64,000 bases of DNA from Centroscyllium fabricii (taxonomy: Eukaryota). The translations under genes were made by a program, and so were the position numbers. The number at the start of each line of letters is the position of its first letter. Position 1 is the stretch's first letter. Under the pieces are notes generated by a model, which saw nothing but the letters and a program-made list of their open reading frames with translations, was not told the DNA's origin and made no database searches. This document shows positions 24,893 to 35,580 of this stretch, piece by piece. The DNA is taken from contig JBNRSN020000005.1 of assembly GCA_051313645.2 (NCBI GenBank), positions 77,810,001-77,874,000 of the forward strand. Reading direction: 5' to 3'.

Positions 24893-25460
24893 TGGAAAAC
24901 GTTAGAGATGTAACAGGTTTTAAGCAGGTGCCGGGGCAGGGAAAGGGGGGAGGGGAGGAAAGAACAAAAGGGAAGGTCTGAGATAGGGTGGAAGGCAGGA
25001 GAGATTAAATAACAAAAGGGATGATGGTGCAAGGCAAAAGGAGATGGTAATGGGACAAGAAAATAAACAATAGATAAGTCTAGAAGAGGTGTAAATGGGA
25101 ATGGCAGAAACATCAACAGCTGCCATGTGAAAAAATATAGGCAGTGGTTATAGTCTGAAATTGTTGAACTCAATGTTGAGTCCAGAGGCAGTAAAGCACC
25201 TAATCAAATGATGAGGTGCTCTTCCTCGAGCTTACATGGAGCTTTGTTGGAACAGTGTAGGAGGCCAAGGCCAGAGAGGTCAGAGTGGGAGTGGAGCAGA
25301 GAATTAAAGTGACAGATGACTGGAAGCTTGGGGTCACGCTTACGGACTGAATGAAGGTGTTCCACAAAGCGGTCGCCCAGCCTGTGTTTGGTCTCCCCAA
25401 TGTAGAGGAGACTGCATCGTGAGCAGCAAATACAGTATACTAAATTGAGAGAAGACCAAG

Positions 25461-26668
25461 TGTAACCCCTTCACGGTTCTTTAGATATATGTGAGATGTG
25501 GTCTCTGTTATATGCAGTATTCTATAGTCCAGTAAGGAGGTCACTACTACAATGGCTTAATTCTAATTATCTTACTTTATAGTTTTAACATCAAACAGTA
25601 CAAGAAGATTACAGGTCAATGAACTAAATTAGACATTTGTATACATTGGAATGAATCTAAACATAATAAACATAAATTCCCCATTTACATGGAATCAAAG
25701 GAGAATCTGTCCCTGTGTCCAAATTTGAGTGCACTCTGGAATTTGTTCAATTAACACAACCTGTATCAGGCCTTTTTCGTTGGCGCAATTAAGTTGGAGC
25801 TCACGGTATGTATAATGTCTGCAAGACTTACGACTCCGAACCCCTTCGTTGAATTCTCTTCACAATCACTGGATCCCACTTTGAGTTCTGGATGCAGAGC
25901 ACACAGCAGCAGCTGGAGTTGGTGACGCTCTCTCTCTCTCTCTCTCTGCAGCTTTTCCAAGTAGATCGTGCCATCAGATCGTGCCATCAGCATGAGGCAA
26001 GCAGCTCTCCCCAGACCTCCGCCTTGCAGATCTGGGTTCAGACGATGAATCCCTTGTACTGGTGACTTGCAGCCGGCCAGTTCAGGATGCAGTGCCACTA
26101 ATAAGAAGGGTGGCGGCCGAGTTTGGAAACCCGGGACAGGATGCGGCAGCCATTTGCCTCCTGAGCCCTCTTTTCAGAGCTCCTGCCCTCTCCTCTTCCA
26201 GTCGATCTTACTGTCCATGTAGAACTCCTGCAGGAACTTGCTGCACTTCTCTTTCTCGCTCTGGTAGTCTTTGGGCAGCATGGAGCTGTGTGAGTGTGTA
26301 AGCGGCGGGGCCTGGCTCGAGCTCTCCGCTCGCTGGCTCTCTCTGTCTGTGTCTCGAGCTCTGGCCGTTGTCTCTCAGCCCCCAAAATGTAACCCCAAGG
26401 GTCACATGGGGCCTGTTTTTCCCGCCGAAACAGGTCAGCTGTCCTAGGGTTTCTGCTGGAGACTGCGCAGCCTCACTGTCTGCAACAGTTGATACTGGTG
26501 CAGAATTATGGAAAGTATGCGCTTAATCACATTGTGTTCTTAAAAGTTCTTGCTGTACCTTCACATTGGCAACTTTAACCCAAAGATTTGTAACAATGAT
26601 AATACAGTGTCTAAGTTAAAGATTTATAACCATACTTAGCGTACATAACATTTCCAGTGGGTATTACA
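25461..26668. mobile_element. Solo LTR (1208 bp) with 4-bp TSD
   Basis: TGTAACCC...GGGTATTACA; CAAG on both sides; Penelope reading frame resumes across it. Confidence 0.85.
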
Positions 26669-27168
26669 CAAGTAAATCGCTGTTTCACCTGGAAGGAGTG
26701 TTTAGGGCCCTGGACAGTGGGAAGGGAGGAGGTAAAAGGGCAGGTGCTGCATCTCCTGCGCTTGCACAGGAAGGTGCTGGGCAAAGGTGAAGGGATGTTT
26801 TGGGTGATTGAGGAGTATTTTGAATACCATTCACAGTACATCAAGTTCATTATAGTTCAGCATGTAACAAAATAATGATACAGATCTCCAAAGACAACCT
26901 AGGCATTCATTTACTGCACATCGACACAATTGGATTTGAAGATTTACAAGTCTATTTCACTTTTTTTTTTACTCATTAAGGCCCTGTCACACCTTGACGT
27001 TTTAGCCAGCGTATGCAAATTTGGCTAAAACGCTGAACTTTCGACGTTTTTTTCAGTTCTGGCCGTATAATAGCGTATTCATAACGAGTTGGACGTATGC
27101 ATAACGTATTAGTAACGTACACAGAACGTATCGATAACTTTATACCAACTTATACCAACGAATGCTTA

Positions 27169-27732
27169 AGGCCCTGTCACACCTAGACGTTTTAGCCAGC
27201 ATATGCAAATTTGGCTAAAACGCTGGGTTACGTCGGATACGTTATGGGTACGTTATGCATACGTTAAGAGCACGCTGGCATACGCTGGCCATAAGTTGCA
27301 TACGTCGTTGTACTTCGAGTAAGTCGAGAAATTTTGAGCATGCACAAAATTTCTCCACGTATCTTGCGTATGATTCACACGTTCCGCATACGCTGGCCAT
27401 ACGTTGTAGGCACGTTAGGCGATCGTTGACACACGTCGACACACGTTACTTGTAAGTTATTCATAAGTCAAAAGACGTCGAGATAATTTCTAAGCGTACC
27501 CGGAACTTATTTCTAACCTATGAGTAACGTGCTTTGAACCTATGTGTAACGTATCTCCAACGCATATTTACGACCACAGAACTTACTGAACGTGTTTGCT
27601 ACCGTATAATACGTTATGCATATACGTCCAACTCGTTATGAATACGCTATTAAACGCCCAAAGTTCAGCGTAACCCAGCGTTTTAGCCAAATTTGCATAT
27701 GCTGGCTAAAACGTCTAGGTGTGACAGGGCCT
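27169..27732 (-). mobile_element. 564-bp MITE of the same family nested, inverted, in the parent element
   Basis: Perfect long TIRs AGGCCCTGTCACACCTAGACG...; body is the reverse complement of the parent's two ends; flanks TTA/TCA. Confidence 0.93.
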
Positions 27733-27972
27733 TCAGCGTGTTGTCGGCGTTCACAACTTATGCCCAACGATAGTCTAACTTATGCATAGCGCGCGGCAGC
27801 GTTTCGCCGACAATCACGTGGCGTAGCCTATTCAAAGGCTGTCATTGGACGATTAAAATCATACCACTAGACATCGAAGTGCAGCTCCACCCACCCAAAC
27901 TGATTCCAGTTCTACATCAAAATCTGCCTTGACAAGTCTGTTTTTTTGCCAAGTCTCTACAACATCACCATC

Positions 27973-29365
27973 ATGCCTAGGAAAAGTTCAAAGAATGCTG
28001 CCAGGAAGTCTCCTGGCCGTGGCCGTGGGCGCGGACGCATGGAGGATCCATCACCCACACCCTTCCCATCACGCTCACCCTCTGACGGAGAGGATGCTGG
28101 TTCCAACGCCTCTCGGGCATCGTCGGTGGCTGCGTCCGTGGCCTCCACCTCCTCTCAGCCAACCCTTGCGAAGAAGAGGGCCAAGAAGACACAGTTTTGT
28201 CTTTCTGTTGAAGAGGAGCAGCTGATGTGCGATTTCCTTTTCGAGAACGCCATCCTCTGGGACATTAAAAAGACAGACTACCGGAGGGTGGACAAGAAGG
28301 GAAAGCTCTGGGAGGATCAGGCAAAGGACATGGGGAAGACTGTGGAGCACCTTCAAGGGTGGTTCAAGTCCCTGCGAGACACCCACACCCGTCTCCACAA
28401 GAAGAAGAGCGGTGATGGCGCCCCGGAACTGACAGAGAGGGAGCAGTGGGTGAAGGCAAAGTTCGGCTTCCTCAGGACTGTGGTCCGCCATCGTGCTGAG
28501 CCCGTCCACAGTGTAAGTATAAACACATATTAATATCCATAATAATATTTATTTATATTAGTTTTACTGTACTTTGCCTCGTATTTTTGCATTGTATTTT
28601 ACTAATCAATTGTCATAATTGCAGGTAAAGGAAACCATTGCAGCACACAGCGGGGACCTCGAGGCTGGCGAGGCTGCCTGTGCAGAGATGGTGTTGGACA
28701 GCACACCCTCCCCTGTCCCCAGGGGGAAGCGTGGCCAGGACGATGACCAGCTGCAGTCACTCCAGAAGAGGGTGCACGAGTCTGGGGAGCTCCTCAAAAA
28801 TCTCGCACAGCCTCAGCCCATCACAACCACCTCAGCCTTCGCCAACTACGTGCGTGACAGCCTGGTCAGCATGTCCATGCGCAACTTCCGGAAGGCAAGG
28901 TTGCGCATCAACACCATCCTCACTGAGCTGATGGAGGAGGACACTGAGGAAGAAACCCCCATTTACGTGCGATCACCTTCAGCACCAGCTACCTACACCC
29001 CCACGGCATCGGCAATGTACCAGCAACATCCCCACAGGTGGAGACACACGGCACCGGCTGCGTCAGTCTGTGGACCGTACATGCAGCAGCCACAGTACCA
29101 GCAGATGATGCCACAGTACCAGCAGATGATGCCTCCTCCCCCTCAGCATGTGTTCCAACATCCTCCTCCTCTGATGATGCAGCAGCCAAGCCTCGCCTCT
29201 TCATCTGCTGCTATAGGCTCGGCTGGCCAGGTACTGAGCCATAGCCAAAGCACCTTCGACACTAGCGATATCTTCAATATCTCTGGATTCAACATTTCCA
29301 GCAGTCCTAATGCTGCAAGTAGCCCGCCTGGGGAGCTGAAGACACCTCCACCATCAGGGCACTGA
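27973..29365 (+). CDS. MADF (Myb/SANT-like) + BESS-like DNA-binding protein, 2 exons (27973-28512, 28625-29365), 426 aa
   Basis: MADF pattern LMCDFLFENAILWDIKKTDYRRVDKKGKLWEDQAKDMGKTVEHLQGWFKSLRDTHTR; BESS-like AFANYVRDSLVSMSMRNFRKARLRINTIL; phase-0 GTAAGT...ACTAAT...TTGCAG intron of 112 bp; AATAAA overlapping the stop. Confidence 0.9.
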
Positions 29366-29370
29366 ATAAA

Positions 29371-29540
29371 AGGTGACATTGTTTTTGCCATGTTTGTGCC
29401 ATTTTGTATATACGTTTGATTTTTCAGAGAAGGTGAGATTGTTTTTGCCATGTTTGTGCCATTTTGTATATACGTTTGATTTTTCAGAGAAGTTGAGATT
29501 GTTTTTGCCATGTTTGTGCCATTTTGTATATACGTTTTTA
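29371..29540 (+). repeat. 60-bp tandem repeat (~2.8 copies) in the MADF gene 3' UTR
   Basis: ATTGTTTTTGCCATGTTTGTGCCATTTTGTATATACGTTT repeated at 60-bp spacing. Confidence 0.95.
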
Positions 29541-30699
29541 GACCATTGTTATCATGTTTAATTATTTAATAAAAGTTGAGCAAACTCTTGATGTTTGTTG
29601 ATGTTATTGTTTTAATATTTAAATCATAAACAATAATTAACAATAATAAATTCATACACTTTGGAAAAGGTATAATAATATAATGTACATGTATATTGAA
29701 AAGTGGATAATTGAAAAAAAGGCTTTTTAATCAGGAGCTGTAAGTTCTGTGGTCGTCCGGAAGACGTCAAATACGTCAATATGCGTTGGAGATACGTTAC
29801 ACATAGGTTCAAAGCACGTTACTCATAGGTTAAAAATAAGTTCCGGGTACGCTAGACATTATCTCGACGTATTTTGACTTATGACTAACTTACTAGTAAC
29901 GTGTGTCGACGTGTGTGAACGATCGCCTAACGTGCTTACAACGTATGGCCAGCGTATGCGGAATGTGTGAATCATACGCAGGATACGTCGAGATTTTTTG
30001 TGCATGCTCAAAAATTCTCGACTTACTCGAAGTACAACGACGTATGCAACTTATGGCCAGCGTATGCCAGCGTGCTCTTAACGTATACAAAACGTACCCA
30101 TAACGTATCCGACGTAAACCAGCGTTTTAGCCAAATTTACATACGCTGGCTAAAACGTCAAGGTGTGACAGCCCCTTTAGATTTTGATAAATCTGTTAAG
30201 TCTAGTAATAACGAGACATCAAATACACAGTAACTTCTGCTTAGTCCAGTAAACATTACTGCTGGCGCCTTTTGTCTTTCATAATACCTTGGGGTGAAAT
30301 TCCTTCCATTAATAATTTTATTGAAATCGCCACCTTCAGTATGCAATTTCATACTTTGTACTCATGCCAACTTTTTCAGTACAATTATTGACAGGAGGAA
30401 TTTCACATACACCTTTCTTCTGGAATTTGAACATAAAAATAAGGGTACAACAATACTGACTTGAATAGTAGACAGTGTGGATATGCTGGTGAGATTTGAT
30501 AGGAAGATATAATCACAATAAATGGTACATTGGTCTGGACTGCCAATAGTGATAATCTAAAATGCCCTGAAAATGCCCTTAAAACAAGTTTCCCAAACAG
30601 CTCTACAATAACAAACTAACTTTTTAAACGTTTTATTTTTGTTCTGTGCTGTGTGGCCCAGTTGCACTGGAACCTGTAGGCCTTCATCTGAGAAAGATT

Positions 30700-30928
30700 A
30701 GGGCCTGGATTTGCTGAAAAGTTGCTCCTTAGCAATGACGCATTAACAATATGCACCATTATCACTATTATCCATGTGTGCACACACTGCACTTCACCAA
30801 GGAGCAATTGGCCACCTCTGCATAAAGCTCCATGAAGGCCTGAAGCTGCGGTCTACCTCAGGAAGGTGACAACGGCCCTCAATTTCTACGGCTCTGGTTC
30901 CTCCCAGTCCATCACTGGAGATTTCTAT
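30700..30928 (+). mobile_element. Small Harbinger remnant
   Basis: GGGCCTGGATTT terminus; [20 protein letters not shown] matches the HARBI1 HTH segment near 7200-7270. Confidence 0.6.
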
Positions 30929-31127
30929 AACATAGAATCATAGAATGGCTACAGCATAGAAAGAGGCCATTCAGCCCATCGAACCCATGCCAGCTTGCTG
31001 CAAGAGCACTTCAGCTCTACAATAGCAAACCCCAGAACATCACACCAGGCGTTGCTCAGGGCAGCATCCTAGGCCCATCAATCTTCAGCTGCTTCATGAA
31101 TGATCTTCCCTCTATCATAAACTCAGT

Positions 31128-32190
31128 AATAGAAACAGAGAAGATAGGAGCAGGAGTAGGCCATTCGGCCCTTCAAGCCTGCTCCGCCATTCAATCAGAT
31201 CATGACTGATCTTATAGATTCAGTACCCTGTCCCTGCCTTCTCTACATATCCCTTGATCCCTTCAGCCTGAAGAAATATATCAAACTCCTTCTTGAATAT
31301 ATTCAATGAACCGGCCTACACCGCCCTCTGTGGCAGAGAATTCCACAGGTTCACCACTCTCTGGGTGAAGAAATTCCTCTTCATCTCAGTCCTAAATGGC
31401 TTTCCCCTTAGCCTTAGACTATAGCCCCTGGTTCTGGACTCCCCTTTCATCGGAAACATCCTTCCTGCATCCAGTCTGTCCAGGCTTGACAGAATTTTAT
31501 AGGTTTCGATGAGATCCCCTCTCAATCGTCTGAACTCCAGCGAGTATAAGCCCAATCGACTCAATCTCTCCCCATACGTCATTCCTGCCATCCCAGGTAT
31601 CAGCTTGGTGAATCTTCGCTGCACTCCTTCAATGGCAAGAACGTCCTTCCTCAGATGAGACCACCAAAACTGCACACAATACTCGAGGTGTGGTCTCACC
31701 AAGGTCCTGTAGAGCTGCAGCAAGACATCCTTGTTCTTATATTCAAACCCTCTTGCTACGAAGGCCAACATACCATTTGCCTTCTTAACCACCTGTTGCA
31801 CCTGTATGCTTACCTTCAGTGACTGGTGCACAAGAACACCCAGGTCTCTTTGCACTTCCCCATCTCCCAATCTATTGCCATTCAAATAATAATCTGCCCT
31901 CCTGTGTTTGCCACCAAAGTGGATAAACTCACATTTATCCACATTATAGTGCATTTGCCATGTATCTGCCCAATCCCCCAACCTGTCCAAATCGCATTGG
32001 AGTTTCTTGACATCCTCCTCACAGCATACCCTCCCACCCAGCTTTGTGTCATCTGCAAATTTGGAGATATTACATCCAATTCCCTTGTCCAGATCATTAA
32101 TATATATTGTGAACAACTGGGGTCCTAGGACCGATCCTTGTGGTACCCCACTAGTCACTGCCTGCCACTCGGAAAACGACCCGTTTATTC
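31128..32190 (-). mobile_element. CR1 LINE 3' portion, inserted in an older plus-strand CR1-clade copy
   Basis: ORF 31316..32158 GVPQGSVLGP/FADDTK/LWNSLP; 3' tail. Confidence 0.93.
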
Positions 32191-33030
32191 CACTGCTGAT
32201 TGCTCAGTGTTCAACTCCATTCGCAATTCCTCAGATCATGAATAAATCCATACCTGCATGCAGCAAGATCTGGACAACATCCAGGATTGGACGGATAGGT
32301 GGCAAGTAGTATTCTTGCTATACAAGTGCCAGGCAATGCCTATTTCCAACAAGAGAATGCCTAATCAACTCTCTTTGGCATTTAATTGCATTACCATCGC
32401 CAAGTCCCCCACCATTAACATCCTGGGGATCACCATTGGCCAGAAACTGAACTGGACCAGCCACATAAATGCCATGACTACTAGAATAGGTCAGAGGCTG
32501 GGTATTCTGTATTGACTGGCTCACCTCCTGACTACCCATATCCTCTCTACCACCTACAAGGCACAATTCAGGAGTGCAATGGATCACTCCCCACTTGGCT
32601 GGATAGGTGCAACTCCAACAACACTCAATAAGCTCGACATTATCCAGGACAAAGCAATCCACTTGATCAGCACCTCATCCAGTGGCTTAAACATCCACTC
32701 CCTCCACCGACGGCATACCGTGACTGTCAAGGCTTCTTCAGCAGCAGCTCCCAATTCCACAACCCCACCTAGAAGGACAAGGGCAACAGCTGTATGGGAA
32801 CACCACCACCTCTAAGCTGCTCTCCATGTTACTTGGAATTGGACTTAGACTTAGACTTATATTGGCATTCCCTCATTGCTGTTGGGTCAAAATAATGGCA
32901 CTCCATTATTAACAGTGTTGTGGGAGCACCTTCACCACTCAGAGTACAGTGGTTCATGCAGAAGGCACACCACCACCTTCTGAAGGGAAACTAGGGATGG
33001 GCAATAAATGCCATGTTTGTCAGTGATGAA
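32191..33030 (+). mobile_element. CR1-clade LINE 3' portion (continues 31030-31127)
   Basis: MQQDLDNIQDW..RWQV..; tail CACCACCTTCTGAAGGG...GGGATGGGCAATAAATGC. Confidence 0.8.
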
Positions 33031-33107
33031 ATGGATAAAATGGTGGAGGGTCTCAGAAGAGTCGTGGATGTAGGTTGGAAGAGACGGAATGGGGGAGAAA
33101 ACATAAT

Positions 33108-33869
33108 GGCCCAGAAATTAGGGCCGCAACGCGCGAGTTTGGACGGCGTACTCACGCGTGCGGCCCTCAGAAGTGCTGGTTCCTGGCATTCACCGCGCAT
33201 GCGCACAGAACCAGCACTTCCGATGCCGTGTCTGGAGGGGTCGGGAGCCCCAGCACGTTGGCCTGTGCAGCTCCTGCTGCGCAGCGAACTTCCAATTTTT
33301 AGCACAAGTTTTTTTCAGGGTAAGTATTTAAATATTTACGGCTCCTTTTTTCAAGCGCAAGGAGTGGATTTCATCAGTTAAGTCTTTATTTAATTTAATT
33401 TAGTCATTTTTTTCACAGGTTTTTCATTTTTTTTAACTTTCAAGACAGGTAAGTTGATTTTTAGGCCCGTTAAAAACTTAAAATATTTTTTCAACATTTT
33501 TCTTTTTTCTTTAAAATAGCTAATTTATGCTATTGATAGTAATTTTTAAAAATGTGATGGTTAAAAAAAATTATTTTAAGGTTTAGTGTGGTTTTGGGGC
33601 TCTAGTATTTCATAAGTTTGACAGATCCTTCTATCAAACTTATGAATGGCGCATTCTTTGCTCTGATTGGCTCCCCGCGAACCACGTGGTCCCGCGCAGA
33701 GCCTCGTATTAACTCCAACGTCCAGATGCTCCAGCACGGCGCGTGGGGCTTGCAGCAGGGCCTAGGATCGGGAGTTCAAGTGCCAGAAATCGAGAACGGC
33801 AGGTGCACTCCGTAAGTGAACTTTGGAGGCTTGCACTCGCGGCAAGCCTCTGATCGTAATTTCTGGGCC
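33108..33869. mobile_element. ~760-bp MITE, GGCCCAGAAATT-TIR family, copy 2
   Basis: TIRs GGCCCAGAAATTA / TAATTTCTGGGCC. Confidence 0.85.
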
Positions 33870-35580
33870 ATATGCTCATTTTGCAAGTGTAGAAATGAGG
33901 GTTTTTATGTCTTATATTTTGTGTTTGAAAGTGCTCCAAATACACTTGAGATTTGACATATGACCTATGGTCTAATAGAATAGTTTTGAGACTGAGTAAG
34001 TTTGATTGAATAATGTGAGTTGAGAACTCATTTAAAATACCAGGCTTTTAAAATTAGATTTTTTTAAATCTTGGGAAACATAAGACTGAATTCCTTTTTG
34101 TGGAAATATACAAACATATACACAATACGGGAGAGCTGACCTTCTCAAGGGCAATTAAGGATGGGCAATAAATGCTGGCCTCGCCAGTGATGCCCACATC
34201 CCAGGAACGAATATAAAAAACTGAGAATAGACTGGATGATTGAAGAAATAAGGATGCAAGTCAATTCAATCCATAGATCCAGTCATTCTCTACTGTAGTA
34301 TCTTCTAATCCCAGTTTATAGTCCTTCAACCAACTGTCCTTCCCTCAATTCCCCTGCTACAGTTCTTCAGGCTCATGGTTTATTCTCCATTTCCTCACCA
34401 CAGTCCTTCAATTCAGCAGCCGAGCTACCATCCATTCTGTGCTTCAGTCGGTTTGATTAACCTATTTGCATTTACTGCCATAATGATGCACAATTTCCCG
34501 GTCAATAAGCAGTGGATTCTTTATTATTGCGACACAGTAATACTGCCAAGCAGCTTAAAGACAGTTCTGCCTTAGTAGCAGAATAATGCTCTCAAATCCA
34601 AGGGATGCAGGCGTGACCGTCTCTGGAGAATAACTGATTTAGCCATCCATCGCCAGATCTGGCTGGCAAGCACTACTGGACCTCACTCTTCTTTGCTAAA
34701 ATTGTCCACTACTCCAGGATCATCCTGGAAATTAAAAATAACCCCCAGCTTCCTTTTTCCACCAATAATTTCTTTAAACCCTTGTCCCCTGACTCCTCCA
34801 CCCTCACCTCCACCCCAACATAGAAAATAGGTGCAGGAGTAGACCATTCGGCCCTTCGAGTCTGCACCGCCATTCAATACGTTCATGGCTGAACATGCTA
34901 CATCAGTACCTCGTCCCTGCTTTCTCGCCATATCCCTTGATCCCCCTAGTTGTAAGTATCACATCTAACTCCCTTTTGAATATATTTAGTGAACTGGCCT
35001 CAACAACATTCTGTGGTAGAGAATTCCACAGGTTCACCACTCTCTGGGTGAAGAAGTTTCTCCTCATCTCGGTCCTAAATGGCTTACCCCTTATCCTTAG
35101 TCTGTGCCCCCTGGTTCTGGACTTCCCCAACATTGGGAACAGTCTGCCCGCATCTAACCTGTCTAAACCGGTCAGTATTTTAAACGTTTCTATAAGATCC
35201 CCCCTCATTCTTCTGAACTCCAGAGAGTACAAGTTCAGTTGATCCAGTCTTTCTTGATATGTCAGTCTGGCCATCCCGGGAATCAATCTAGTAAACCTTC
35301 GCTGCACTCCCTCAATAGCAAGAATGTCCTTCCTCAAGTTAGGAGACCAAAACTACACACAATACTCCAAGTGTGGCCTCACCAAGACCCTGTACAACTG
35401 TAGCAACACCTCCTTACTCCTGTACTCAAATCCCCTCACTATGAAGGCCAACATGCCATTTGCTTTCTTAACTGGCTGCTGTACCTGCATTTCCACCTTC
35501 AGTGACTGATGTACCATGATGCCCAGGTCTCATTGCACCTCCCCTTTCCCCAATCTGTCTCCATTCAGATAATAGCCTGT

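Larger units (their letters stand above)
24830..26815 (-). mobile_element. Penelope-like retroelement 3' part (GIY-YIG endonuclease remnant), split by a solo LTR
   Basis: Minus translation CSTCPF...QGPKHSFQVKQRFTC | YCICCSRCSLLYIGETKHRLGDRFVEHL...LEEEHLI. Confidence 0.88.
26979..30176 (+). mobile_element. Non-autonomous PIF/Harbinger-type transposon carrying only a MADF-BESS gene
   Basis: ~57-bp TIRs AGGCCCTGTCACACCTTGACGTTTTAGCCAGCG... / ...CGTCAAGGTGTGACAGCCCCT; TTA TSD at 26976-78 and 30177-79; no transposase ORF. Confidence 0.92.

Noticed and set aside
27242-27455. Recurrent 66-aa ORFs (also 29893-30103 and 49698-49911) as a conserved micropeptide
   Set aside because: Identity comes from copies of the same non-coding transposon end; non-ATG starts
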